This document shows positions 1-9,558 of a stretch of DNA of 33,493 nt, one piece after another. Numbering within the stretch: the stretch's first letter is position 1; each line of letters starts with the position of its first letter. Where the stretch lies: contig JAJQJO010000006.1 in the NCBI GenBank assembly GCA_021323495.1, positions 1-33,493 on the forward strand, read 5' to 3'. The notes under the pieces are model-generated. The model saw only the letters and a program-made list of their open reading frames with translations. It was not told where the DNA came from and did no database searches. A program made the translations under genes and the position numbers. Origin of the DNA: Cellvibrio sp. (GTDB lineage Bacteria; Pseudomonadota; Gammaproteobacteria; Pseudomonadales; Cellvibrionaceae).

Positions 1-1
1 A

Positions 2-196
2 TATAACGGCCCGGTTCCCATGGATAAAAAAGGCCAAAGCGGAGCCCATGGGAGGGAAATATTACCCAGGGTTCCGGATGAGGTGAAAGCCCGGAGTGCA
101 GATATTTTTTTTAAGGTATGGCAAAAAGCCAAAAATAATAAACAGTATCAGGCATTACTAGCCGCACATAAAAGTATATGGAAGACCACCAACTAA
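2..196 (+). CDS. 3' end of a gene truncated by the window edge; probably a DUF4385-family protein
   Basis: Not in the ORF track. The frame from nt 2 reads YNGPVPMDKKGQSGAHGREILPRVPDEVKARSADIFFKVWQKAK...TTN* (TAA 194-196). YxGPVPxDKKGQSGAHGRE matches my recollection of DUF4385 C-termini. It converges on the aminotransferase gene. Confidence 0.65.
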   Translation, partial: YNGPVPMDKKGQSGAHGREILPRVPDEVKARSADIFFKVWQKAKNNKQYQALLAAHKSIWKTTN

Positions 197-215
197 TAAC
201 GAGGCCGATTGGCAG

Positions 216-1370
216 TTACAGCGCAACCGGAAAATTCAAAATTTGTTCGCTTAAGTAATTCTTTAAATTGCGCAGCAATAATTCATTTTGGTACTGGTGG
301 CCGATGCTCACCCGGATAAATGATTCATACCCTACTCCCCGCCAGGCCTTGACCATCACATTTTGGGATAACAGATAATTAGCGACTTTAATTGAAGGCG
401 CTTCTATATCGATAAACAGAAAGTTGGTTGATGAAGGTGCTACTGCAATACCCCAGGACAAAATCTCATCGCGCATCCGGTCCTTTTCGCTGACGGTGAA
501 TTGAACGGTTTTTGCCAGATGTTGCTGGTCGTCCAGGGATTGTATCGCAGCAATCTGGGCCAACCTGTTTACGTTGTAAGGTGTCCTCACGCGATTTAAT
601 AAATTCGTTATGGTGCTATGGGAACAAATACCGTAGCCAACGCGCATTCCAGCGAGGCCATAGGCTTTGGAAAAAGTCCTGAGTACTATCCAGGGACGCT
701 CCTGGTTTTGCAGGATCTCGAACACGCGCGGGAATTCAGGTTCATGCGCTGCATATTCAACATAGGCTTCGTCGATCACAAGCAAGGTGTCGGATGGACA
801 AGCATTTACCATTAACGATAGTTCGGTGTGCGTTAAACTACAGCCTACCGGATTAGATGGATTTGCGAGCATCAGTATTTTTAACTGGTGCAGTGACCTG
901 AGTGTCTCCAACCAGCGGGTTGCGTTGAAATTTAATGCAGAATCGATAGGCACTTCGATCACTTCGGCATCCATCATTGCGGCATAAATATGGTGCAAAC
1001 TAAAAGTCGGTTTCGGAATCAATACCTTATCCCCGACATTGATAAATACTTTGCAGATGAGTGAGAGGATATCTTCCGATCCGTTGCCGGCAATAATCCG
1101 CTCCGGCGCTACACCGAGTTTTTCGCCCAACTTTTCGCGCAAATAAAAACAATCACCATCGGGATAGATGGCGCCCGTCTGGACAGCCACCTGCAAAGCG
1201 GCGAGCGCCCTGGGGCTCATACCAAAAGGATTTTCATTCACCGATAGATTATGGATTACACGCGGATTATCACTGCTACTAAATCTATCGATGCTAATAC
1301 CGGCATCGTAGGTAGGCAAATTGCGGACGCTCCGGCGCGCCTTTGATAACAAATCGAGATCGAGATCCAT
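216..1370 (-). CDS. HisC-like (histidinol-phosphate aminotransferase family) PLP aminotransferase; last gene of the biosynthetic operon
   Basis: Motifs NENPFG, YPD, GNGSEDIL, NPSNPVG, VIDEAY and RTFSKAYGLAGMRVGY (PLP Lys). No other his genes are nearby. Confidence 0.9.
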   Translation of the reverse strand: MDLDLDLLSKARRSVRNLPTYDAGISIDRFSSSDNPRVIHNLSVNENPFGMSPRALAALQVAVQTGAIYPDGDCFYLREKLGEKLGVAPERIIAGNGSEDILSLICKVFINVGDKVLIPKPTFSLHHIYAAMMDAEVIEVPIDSALNFNATRWLETLRSLHQLKILMLANPSNPVGCSLTHTELSLMVNACPSDTLLVIDEAYVEYAAHEPEFPRVFEILQNQERPWIVLRTFSKAYGLAGMRVGYGICSHSTITNLLNRVRTPYNVNRLAQIAAIQSLDDQQHLAKTVQFTVSEKDRMRDEILSWGIAVAPSSTNFLFIDIEAPSIKVANYLLSQNVMVKAWRGVGYESFIRVSIGHQYQNELLLRNLKNYLSEQILNFPVAL

Positions 1371-1410
1371 GCTTAACCCTTTTATCTATTTATGTTGTGG
1401 TCGGTCGCTG

Positions 1411-2796
1411 TTAAATATTTTGTTCCGGTACCAATGCGGCAGACGGAGCAGGTTTGGGCGGGCTTGCTTTAACCAGAAATAAAATAAGTTGTAACAGCGC
1501 GGTAACAGCCAGGCCGAGCATTAACCCGTACCACACTCCCTGGATAGAAAGGTCCAATAGATAACATGCGCCCCATGCAGCGGGTAAACCAATTATCCAA
1601 TAACCCAAAATGGAAAGTTGCAACGGACTTTTTACATCGCCAATACCGCGTAAAATACCCAAACCAATATTTTGTCCGGCATCAAACACTTGCAGAAATG
1701 CGGCAATCGCCAGCAGGCTGATTGCCAGGTTGAGGATGGAACTGTTTTGCATTTCCTCTGCGCTCATAAACGGGAACAATACCCAGTGCGGCACAAGCAG
1801 GTAAGGCACAGCAATAATTGCCGTAGCAATGGTGCCCAACCACATGCCTGCAATTCCCAGCTCGCGCGCGCGCAAAAATTTCTGTTGCGCATACGCTTCA
1901 CTGATACAGATAGATGCTGCGGAGGAAATGCCGGCAGAGATCATAAAGGTGATATAGACCAATTGATTGACGACGGTATGCGCGGCTAATTCATGCACAC
2001 CCAGGCTACCGACCAGTAACATCAGCAGGGTAAAAAAACCGGCCTCGGAACCGTAAGTGGCGGCTATAGGTAAACCCATTTTCCAGGTCGCCATTATTGA
2101 TTCGCGGTCAGTCTCCCACCACTTCCAATGAATGTAGGGGCCAAGCACCGGGTGCCTGAGTGCAATAAAAATAAACGCGATAAACGAAAAAATTAATACG
2201 CACAATGTCGTCACCGCGACGCCGATAAAACCGAGTGCGGGCAAGCCCCAGGCACCAAAAATTAATCCGTAGTTCAACAGGATCGTCATGGTTACTGCCA
2301 TCAGGGTGATCATTAATAAAGGGCCGGGCGCTTTTAATCCCACCGAAAAATGGCGGACACTTTGAAACCAGAGGCAAGGCAACATCCCGAGTGCAACTAT
2401 GGTCAGATAGTCCACAGTTTTTGCCGCGACTTCCGGGTCTTGCCCAAGCAACACCAGCGGCGTTTCAAGCAACCCCATTACTACAATAAATACCAATGCG
2501 ACTACGCTCGCCCAGATAAAACTGGCGTTCAACAATTTTGGAATGGCTGCGTAATCCTTGCGCCCTGCTGCGCCCGCCACCAGATTACCGGTGGCCGTCA
2601 CTAATCCGGTGCCCATAGTGCGCAGCTGGTTAAATAGCGCAATGGCAAGGCCACCGGCGGCCAGGTCAAGTGCGCTCAATGTGCCGAGCATAACCAGGTC
2701 AACAGTCGCGATGGCGACATAAGCAAAATTGGTTAATATCAACGGCACTGCAAGTTTGCCGATCGTGCGGGAGTGCGTTACATATATTGCTGGCAT
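1411..2796 (-). CDS. MATE family efflux transporter (461 aa)
   Basis: About 12 hydrophobic segments; motifs KLAVPLIL, DLVMLGTL, GLPIA..SEAGFF, FDAGQ..GILRGIGD. Start moved from 2940 to ATG 2796, which follows an AGGA RBS and avoids overlap with the upstream gene. Confidence 0.92.
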   Translation of the reverse strand: MPAIYVTHSRTIGKLAVPLILTNFAYVAIATVDLVMLGTLSALDLAAGGLAIALFNQLRTMGTGLVTATGNLVAGAAGRKDYAAIPKLLNASFIWASVVALVFIVVMGLLETPLVLLGQDPEVAAKTVDYLTIVALGMLPCLWFQSVRHFSVGLKAPGPLLMITLMAVTMTILLNYGLIFGAWGLPALGFIGVAVTTLCVLIFSFIAFIFIALRHPVLGPYIHWKWWETDRESIMATWKMGLPIAATYGSEAGFFTLLMLLVGSLGVHELAAHTVVNQLVYITFMISAGISSAASICISEAYAQQKFLRARELGIAGMWLGTIATAIIAVPYLLVPHWVLFPFMSAEEMQNSSILNLAISLLAIAAFLQVFDAGQNIGLGILRGIGDVKSPLQLSILGYWIIGLPAAWGACYLLDLSIQGVWYGLMLGLAVTALLQLILFLVKASPPKPAPSAALVPEQNI

Positions 2797-2842
2797 GATT
2801 GAAATTCCTGCGTAATTTTCCGCTTGTTCTTGATACATATGA

Positions 2843-2888
2843 GGATAGAAAAACTTTTGGATAGAAAAACATCTGGATAAAAAATTCA
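2843..2888. repeat. Degenerate 16-bp tandem repeat, about 3 copies (GGATAGAAAAAC...)
   Basis: ggatagaaaaactttt / ggatagaaaaacatct / ggataaaaaattca in the spacer between the OCD-like and MATE genes. Confidence 0.75.
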
Positions 2889-2896
2889 CCAATGAT

Positions 2897-3883
2897 TTAC
2901 CAAAGCTGTACCTCTTGCCCGATCCCAGCGCGCCGGGCATGTTCAGCCGTTATCCGGCCGAGCGCGACGTCGGTAATTATCATTCCACTGTTGTACGCGA
3001 ACACAATTTGCGCATCGTTGATGCGCCCTGGTTTTTCGCCGTTAAGGATTTGCGCCAGCTCCGCATTGACGGCGGGAATATTGCCGTTCCCATCCACCAT
3101 ATCGGCGCTGGTGACTTTCATTTGCTGTTCATCGGTAGCGACAATGTAGTCCGCTTTATGCAGCACCTCTGGCTCAACGCCGTAGCCCACCAGGATGATA
3201 AGTGCACCGGGTTTTAACCAGTGGTGCGGAATAGATTCGCGCGCAGAACGGCCGGTGACCGCAATAATAATGTCAGCTTCGGCAACACTTTGTTGGAGAT
3301 TGGCCGAGCGGACAATATGGCGCTCGGGATAATAACGACGCAGGTTTTCTTGCGCGCTGTTAATACCTGCTTCATGGCTGCCATGCATGATTAATTTTTC
3401 CAGCGATGGCATGGCAGTAACCAGCATTGGCAATGCAATTTGCCCTTGCGCACCGGTGCCGACCACCAGCGCAGTTGTTGCACCTTTTCTCGCTGACATT
3501 TTCGCAATCAATGCCGAGGTCGCCGAGGTGCGCAGCGGCCCCAGTTGTTGCACATCCATCAACGCCAGTGGCTGCCCCGTTGCATCATCAAGAATAAAAA
3601 TAAATGAATAAAACTGATAGCGGTTGCGCGAGCGATCTGAATCGTACTCGTACACTACTTTGAACCCGACACTTCTGGAGGCGGCATCGCGCCCCGCCAT
3701 ACTGTAGGCAATGGAATGTTTATCCACCGGCTCCAGGATAACTTTCAGCGGGTTTGCTGAATCCGGGTCAGCGAGCGACAGGAAGGCTTGCTGCACAATG
3801 TCCAGGATTCCTGGCAAAGGAATATCCAGCTGCGATAACGCCTGCTGGTTCAAAATCAATAAAGAATGTTGTTGCGCGGTCAT
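2897..3883 (-). CDS. Ornithine cyclodeaminase/mu-crystallin family protein (SbnB-like NAD(P)-dependent enzyme)
   Basis: GFKVV, LDDATGQPLALMD, LRTSATSA, Rossmann motif VVGTGAQG and C-terminal NSGMIITDVALG. Confidence 0.9.
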   Translation of the reverse strand: MTAQQHSLLILNQQALSQLDIPLPGILDIVQQAFLSLADPDSANPLKVILEPVDKHSIAYSMAGRDAASRSVGFKVVYEYDSDRSRNRYQFYSFIFILDDATGQPLALMDVQQLGPLRTSATSALIAKMSARKGATTALVVGTGAQGQIALPMLVTAMPSLEKLIMHGSHEAGINSAQENLRRYYPERHIVRSANLQQSVAEADIIIAVTGRSARESIPHHWLKPGALIILVGYGVEPEVLHKADYIVATDEQQMKVTSADMVDGNGNIPAVNAELAQILNGEKPGRINDAQIVFAYNSGMIITDVALGRITAEHARRAGIGQEVQLW

Positions 3884-3904
3884 ACATCGTGTCCTTGTTG
3901 CGTA

Positions 3905-5158
3905 TCAGGCTTTTGCCAAAGGGAATATTGGTATCGCAGACAATTCGGGATAATGGATTTCAGCCGCGCACTCTTGGTCGGGGCGTTCCAGGGCATCGAG
4001 TAGTGATTCAATTTCAGCCGTCACACTGTCATCGAGCAGGGAATGTTTTTTCATCCATTCATCGTTATAAACGGTGTCCAGATATTTTTCGCCCGCATCG
4101 CAAATCACTACCACAATGTTGCTGTTTGCCGGTGCACGGCTCAGCTCCAGCAAGGCCTGGTAAATTACGCCGCCGGCGGAACCGCCCACCATTAGCCCTT
4201 TTCGTTTTGCCAAAATCCGCGCGGTGAGAAACGCGTATTGGTCAGTGACTTTCAGGCCCTTGTCGATCAGGTCGTACTCAATTAATTGGCCGATCTCGGC
4301 GCCCTCCGGGGTTCCGGTGCCGGATTGCAAATAGGCTTTGCCCGGCCCACCAAAAATAATTGAGCCTTCGGGTTCAACGCCGATTATTTGTGGCCGCGCA
4401 CCTTTGTGTTTCAGCGCTTTAGCGGTACCGCAGAGCGAACCGCCCGTGCCCACCGCACCGACCAGGTGAGTAAGGCCATCGCCGAGTGTTGCGTAAATTT
4501 CTTCAGCCATCGGGTAATAGCCACGGCTATTGGCAGGGTTGTGATGTTGGGCAGTCCAGACTGCACCGTAATTTTTTGCAAGTTCTGCGGCGGTTTCATC
4601 GCGTGCGGCGGTGGCAAGTTCTTCGTCGCCGGCAGCGCTAATACAAATAACCTCTGCGCCGAGGGCACGCATCATCCTGATTTTGTCTTGCGCTGCATGA
4701 TTGTCGACCACGGCGGTAAAGCGGTAGCCACGTTCGGCAGCAATTAATGCCAGGGCCACGCCGGTATTACCCGAGGTGGACTCTACAATCCAGCCGCCCG
4801 GTTTTAGCAATCCCGATGATTCGGCTTCATCAACCATTTGTTTTGCCATGCGGATTTTTACGCTGCCGGTCGGATTGTTCTGTTCCAGTTTGACCAGCAG
4901 TCGGCAATGATTTGCGGTGGTAACCAATTCAAAAAATGCGCAGCCTCCAATATCATCGGAGACACGCGTAATAACCGGTACCTTTTGTGCATTTGTATGT
5001 AATGAATTTGTGTGTAGTGAATTCGTTTGTAGTGAATTGGTGTGTAGTGAATTGGTGTGTAACGCATTTGACGGCGCAGTTGATGTTGCACTGGATAATG
5101 TATTGGATAACGTATTGGATGATGTATTGGATAACATATTAGATAGCACAGTAGTCAT
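3905..5158 (-). CDS. Cysteine synthase family PLP beta-replacement enzyme (SbnA/AesA-like) with a low-complexity N-terminal extension
   Basis: KLEQNNPTGSVKIR (PLP Lys), ESTSGNTG, QHHNPAN, GAVGTGGS, GGSAG, DAGEKYLDT. GGAG RBS upstream of ATG 5158. Confidence 0.92.
   Translation of the reverse strand: MTTVLSNMLSNTSSNTLSNTLSSATSTAPSNALHTNSLHTNSLQTNSLHTNSLHTNAQKVPVITRVSDDIGGCAFFELVTTANHCRLLVKLEQNNPTGSVKIRMAKQMVDEAESSGLLKPGGWIVESTSGNTGVALALIAAERGYRFTAVVDNHAAQDKIRMMRALGAEVICISAAGDEELATAARDETAAELAKNYGAVWTAQHHNPANSRGYYPMAEEIYATLGDGLTHLVGAVGTGGSLCGTAKALKHKGARPQIIGVEPEGSIIFGGPGKAYLQSGTGTPEGAEIGQLIEYDLIDKGLKVTDQYAFLTARILAKRKGLMVGGSAGGVIYQALLELSRAPANSNIVVVICDAGEKYLDTVYNDEWMKKHSLLDDSVTAEIESLLDALERPDQECAAEIHYPELSAIPIFPLAKA
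4988..5062 (-). repeat. 15-bp in-frame tandem repeat, 5 copies, encoding L(H/Q)TN(S/A)
   Basis: Protein reads LHTNS-LHTNS-LQTNS-LHTNS-LHTNA; DNA unit is approximately tgtagtgaattggtg on the + strand. Confidence 0.9.
5093..5146 (-). repeat. 12-bp in-frame tandem repeat, about 4.5 copies, encoding LSNT-like units
   Basis: Protein reads LSNM-LSNT-SSNT-LSNT-LS; DNA unit is approximately ttggataacgta on the + strand. Confidence 0.85.
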
Positions 5159-5191
5159 GACTAACTTTTCTCCTACCGATTGAGTTGTTAT

Positions 5192-6637
5192 TTATAAGTT
5201 GGAATCCAATTGCCAATGGACTTCATGGTCGTCAAACCACATGGCAACCTTGGGAATAATGGGAAGGCTATGAAAACAGGATTCATTGGAATCCATCTGG
5301 TAACCCGCCGTGTTGGGATACACCAGGACATCGTTAATGGCAGGCCTGGCGGTGAAGGGAATTTTTCGCCAGCTCACCATATCGCACTCAAGGCAACTAC
5401 TGCCCGCGATTGCCGTGGGGAAAATATGTGGCGATGCAAGGTCATCACCATTATTTTTTAGCAGCGACGGCGAAGGCAAAAATTCACTTCCAAACCATTG
5501 CTCTGATAATGAAAAACTCATGCCCGCAACAGTGGCAATCCAATAGTGATGCCCGGTATCAATCAGCTTTACGCCCTGGATATTAAATATCGACACTCCG
5601 GCCTGGTCTAATAAAGCGCGGCCGGGTTCCAGTGCTAATTGAATTTGGTTTTCGCGCAGCTGTTGCGCAAGTGAATAATGCGAGGAGGTCGGTGTCGATA
5701 AGAATAAATCCAGCGCAGCGGACGGATGCAGTTCATTGCCGTAGGGATAAAAACCATCCCTGAAAATTTGTGCGCGATGAAAATGTTCCGCCGCCAACGA
5801 ATTCTGGAATTGCATCCAGTTATCGGTAGATGTGTACTTGACTGGCAACCCACCGCCAATATTGATTTGGTTACAACTGGAAAAACCGCGTTCGCGCGCA
5901 GCGATAATCCATGTCACTAATTCATGGGTTACGGCGGAGCGCCGGGGTATATCGTATCCGGACAAATGGAAACTGAAGCCCACCAGGGTTATGCGCTGTT
6001 GATAAGCTTGCAGGAGGTTCAAGGCAGCGGATAACTGCGCACCGGTAAGCCCAAAACGGCTATTGGTTTCGCACGCAGGTTGAAAGCGTAAGCTAATTTT
6101 TGGCTTGGGCAATCGGGCGTGCGGCAGGTCAACATTGGAACCCTCGTCCATCCCTGCCAGGCTGATTATGTTGTGCAACTCTTCGATGCTATCAATCGCA
6201 ATCTGCGCGCCCTGGAAAATAGCCAATTGCAACAATGCCATTTCCTTTTGAGGGCCGGACACACCGATGCAATCCCCGCGGATACCGGCGGCCAGGGCTA
6301 ATTCCAACTCTTGTTTGCTGGCGACATCAATACCAATGCGGGCCTCCCTGCATGCCCGGGCAAACGAGTGCGCCTTGTTGGCTTTTTTAGCGAAGAAAAT
6401 ATTCGCGTTTAATTGATGCTTATTGAGCACTGCCTGGATACCCGCAATATTTTCGGAAAATTGTTGGGGAAATACGCAATGCAGCGGCGACCCGATGCCC
6501 TTGACCAATTCAAAAATTTTTCCCGGATGGCGCAACTTCAACAGGCGGGTATATTTACCTTCCAGCGCCGGCAAATCCGGATATGCAAGCGAGGGAGAAA
6601 GAGATTGCTGCGCGCGCGGTTCTTGCTGGGCCGTCAT
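5192..6637 (-). CDS. Type III PLP-dependent decarboxylase (diaminopimelate/ornithine decarboxylase superfamily; Y4yA/SbnH/AesB-like)
   Basis: FFAKKANK (PLP Lys), IDVAS, SRFG, FHLSG, INIGGGL, EPGRAL, SCLECD, NTAGYQMD. Start overlaps the upstream permease stop (ATGA). Confidence 0.9.
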   Translation of the reverse strand: MTAQQEPRAQQSLSPSLAYPDLPALEGKYTRLLKLRHPGKIFELVKGIGSPLHCVFPQQFSENIAGIQAVLNKHQLNANIFFAKKANKAHSFARACREARIGIDVASKQELELALAAGIRGDCIGVSGPQKEMALLQLAIFQGAQIAIDSIEELHNIISLAGMDEGSNVDLPHARLPKPKISLRFQPACETNSRFGLTGAQLSAALNLLQAYQQRITLVGFSFHLSGYDIPRRSAVTHELVTWIIAARERGFSSCNQINIGGGLPVKYTSTDNWMQFQNSLAAEHFHRAQIFRDGFYPYGNELHPSAALDLFLSTPTSSHYSLAQQLRENQIQLALEPGRALLDQAGVSIFNIQGVKLIDTGHHYWIATVAGMSFSLSEQWFGSEFLPSPSLLKNNGDDLASPHIFPTAIAGSSCLECDMVSWRKIPFTARPAINDVLVYPNTAGYQMDSNESCFHSLPIIPKVAMWFDDHEVHWQLDSNL

Positions 6638-8133
6638 TGGCGTGATACCTCGATACTGTTATTCAGCCTGAATCCTGCCATCAACACTAGCGCGGCCATC
6701 AATACATTAATAAACAGCACGCCCAACAGGAACAAGCCTGAATTGACGACGCCGGATTGCGCATCCTTATGCTCGGCCAAAGCAAAGCGTGGCTGTGTGT
6801 CGAAATCAGCAAAGGTAACCGGGGTTTGGCAGGTAGCGCACACATTGAAATCACCCCGCTCGTTTGCGGCAATTATCTTTTGTTGGAAGTAATGCCTGAG
6901 TGCCCGATGATGCGCTTCAACGCGCTGCAAAAAATCTCGCTGCTGTGCCAACCCATTGCCAGAAACCGTGATCAACGATTGATAAAAAAGGCTCGCAGGT
7001 GACAACCATTTCAGTCGGTTGCCGATACGGTATTGCGCATCCAATTGCGTGGAAAATTCTTGTTCCAACCCGCGCATGGATTTTTCTATTGCATCAATTT
7101 TGGCGATTTTTACCAGCGCATAATCCTGGCTCGAGGCTTGGTGTTGCGCTAATTCCGGATGGTCCTGGAAGAAACCGGCCAGGGTTTTTTCAGAATTACG
7201 CTCAACCTGGTCAGTAGCGGTGCGCAGGTCATTAATGTAGGTTATGCGCGATGGAAGCGGTGCGAGGAAATTGACCAATGTATTGCTGACCATTGGTATC
7301 GCCACTGCAAGCAGCAGCCAACAGGCAACCAATACCGTTGCGTTGTGCGCGGGTGATTTTCCTTTTGCTATGCACCAGGCCGACAGCAGGATCCAGAACA
7401 GGCTGTAAGCGCCGATCATCAAGAGCACGCCAGCCACTTGCAGCAGGAAACCAATATCCACATCTTTATGCATCAGTGCCGGACTGCCAATCAACCACAA
7501 CCCGGTGATCAATAAAACAGGAAGAAGTACCAGCCCGGTGCGGGTGGCCAATTGCAACAGCAATAAACGCGTGGGCGATAACCCCTGGACTATCAGCAAT
7601 TTTAATTGGTCACGCTCACGCTCTTGTGCAACAGCATTAAAATTTATCGTGATCAATAACAGCGGTAAAATAAATACCAGGAAATAACAAAGGTCAAATT
7701 GGCCCACTGCGCGCACTAATGGATGTTCAGTATTTTTCTCTTGCAGCACCGCTTGTTTGGTATCAACTTGCATGCGAAAAAAATACGGGTATAAATCGCT
7801 TTGCCCGATAGCGAGCGGAGCCAATAGCGAAGGCGGTTTCACCGCGTAATCCACCATTAAATAAAATGCATAACCGCGCACATCGGCAACATCATCCCAC
7901 CAATTGCGCGGGGTTTTATGCGCGCCGCGTTGCTGTAGTTCCGCCCTCGCCTTTTCAATAGCTTGCTGTTGCTCATTGGCAATTTTATTAATGGTGCGCT
8001 GCTGTTCATTTACCCGCTCCTGCCCATTAAACAGCCCCAACAACGTCAGCCCACTGGCAACCAGCACTAGCAGTAGTGCCATACGTTCGCGGTAGAGATT
8101 AAGGAACTCGTGGTAAATAATTGTTTTTATCAT
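6634..8133 (-). CDS. ABC-2 type transporter permease with a large extracytoplasmic domain (DUF3526-like)
   Basis: N-terminal TM helix, soluble loop, then FDLCYFLVFILPLLLI..FNAVAQERERDQLKLL (ABC-2 signature), further TM helices and LSPASL. ATGA coupling at both ends. Confidence 0.85.
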   Translation of the reverse strand: MIKTIIYHEFLNLYRERMALLLVLVASGLTLLGLFNGQERVNEQQRTINKIANEQQQAIEKARAELQQRGAHKTPRNWWDDVADVRGYAFYLMVDYAVKPPSLLAPLAIGQSDLYPYFFRMQVDTKQAVLQEKNTEHPLVRAVGQFDLCYFLVFILPLLLITINFNAVAQERERDQLKLLIVQGLSPTRLLLLQLATRTGLVLLPVLLITGLWLIGSPALMHKDVDIGFLLQVAGVLLMIGAYSLFWILLSAWCIAKGKSPAHNATVLVACWLLLAVAIPMVSNTLVNFLAPLPSRITYINDLRTATDQVERNSEKTLAGFFQDHPELAQHQASSQDYALVKIAKIDAIEKSMRGLEQEFSTQLDAQYRIGNRLKWLSPASLFYQSLITVSGNGLAQQRDFLQRVEAHHRALRHYFQQKIIAANERGDFNVCATCQTPVTFADFDTQPRFALAEHKDAQSGVVNSGLFLLGVLFINVLMAALVLMAGFRLNNSIEVSRQ

Positions 8134-9558
8134 GCTGTTCCCTCACTGGATAATTGGCGAATTGCCACACCACTTGCCACCAGCATAAATACCGCCCAGA
8201 TGCCAATACTGCGCAGCGCACTGGTGTAACTGTCAATCACTTGCGGCAGCGCAGGTGGTTGGTAAGAAAATTCGGGGATGGTGTCCCACAGCTGTTTATC
8301 ACCCAAGTGATTCGCGTCTTTATGGTCGCGCACGTCTGCGTTTAATGTTTGCATCAAGCCACGGCGATATTGTTCAGCGGCCGAGGTAAACAATTGGTGG
8401 TGGCGCCAATCAGTGGTAGCCAAGGCCGATGAAATCACCTGGAGCGCAATTAAGGGCGATAGCACTGCGAGTTGCTGATAGGTTTCATCTTGTAACTTCA
8501 GCTGTTGGGTGTGCTGTGAAAAAAGTTTGTCAAACACTTTATCGCTGTAACTTTCGCCGAAGAGTAATTCAGCACCGGCCCAGTTAAATGGCAGGTCGCT
8601 GATGTTGGTCACCCGGTATTGGTTGAGCGTGTCTTGTTTGTATTGCTCGATTGCGGCTAACCGATCCGGCGTGTAGAGATCGGATTCCATGCGTGAATAA
8701 AATTCCTGGGTGGATATACCGGGATAAGTATTTGCAGCTATATCAATTGCCAGCTTGGGAATTATCAATGAGGTGACGGCCCAGAAAATGAGCAGCACCG
8801 TCAAGGATTGCCGCGCTGTTTTGGTAACCATGGAAACTGCCAGGGTGAGCAATATCCAAAAAATAACGTAGCCAAGATAGGGTGAGCAATATCCAAAAAA
8901 TGACGTAGCCAAAATAAAGCAGCCCCATACCGATTAACCGATAGGAATCCAGATCGCCGTTGGTAAATAACATCAAGCCACAATAGGCAGTGACCGGGAG
9001 CAGGAATAACAAGGAGAACGACAAGAGCGCGGCCGCTTTTTGCAAAAATAATTGCCGCGGTGTTTTGCCGGACAATAACAACATGCGTAAGGTGCCCTGC
9101 TCGCGCTCAGCGGCAAAAAAACCAAAACCGCAGAGGATGACAAACAGCGGCAACAACAATTGCAATATAGCGGCCGGATTCAAAGTGCCCAGCCGCTGTA
9201 ATTCAATGGAATCCTGGCTATTGGCAAAAACCGGGGTATTGCGTTTGTGGGCTTCAAGGAAAAGTACATCGCCCAGATAACCGCTGGCACCCGGATCTAT
9301 TACCGCAAGTGGTGTTTCCGGTTTAAAAAGATAAACACCGTAGTGTGCCGCCGAATGTGGATTTTTTTCGCCCTGGTTAAGCCAGCGGTCGCGCTCTGCA
9401 ACCTGGGTCTGGGTTTTTAATAATTGCGCTTGCTGGTATTGGTAACTACTGGACGCGATGCCCAACAGCATCATGGTAAACAAGGTGAGCAGTAGCCATA
9501 CCAGCCGGCCATCGCGCCGGAACAGCAACCACTCTTTTTGAAAGGATGCCATCAACAT
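8130..9558 (-). pseudogene. Second ABC-2/DUF3526-type permease, split by a frameshift (ORF-track pieces 8743-9558 and 8130-8912)
   Basis: The N-half (NPHSAAHYG, AEREQGTLRMLL) and C-half share the duplicated peptide GYVIFWILLTL. Removing one 37-bp copy gives 1429-37=1392 nt, an intact 463-aa ORF. Confidence 0.88.
8842..8915. repeat. 37-bp direct tandem duplication (2 mismatches) causing the frameshift
   Basis: 8842-8878 agggtgagcaatatccaaaaaataacgtagccaagat versus 8879-8915 agggtgagcaatatccaaaaaatgacgtagccaaaat. Confidence 0.95.

Noticed and set aside
2797-2940. ORF-track N-terminal extension of the MATE protein
   Set aside because: It overlaps the OCD-like gene and runs through a 16-bp repeat. 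ATG 2796 has a good RBS.
2897-6637. Staphyloferrin B/achromobactin-type NIS siderophore cluster, or staphylopine/pseudopaline cluster
   Set aside because: No IucA/IucC synthetase, citrate synthase-like aldolase, nicotianamine synthase or CntM-type opine dehydrogenase lies between the flanking convergent genes.
216-6637. Housekeeping hisC, cysK and lysA assignments
   Set aside because: The operon context is a specialised cluster and the motifs diverge (SVKIR instead of SVKDR; FAKKANK instead of YAVKAN), so no gene symbols were given.
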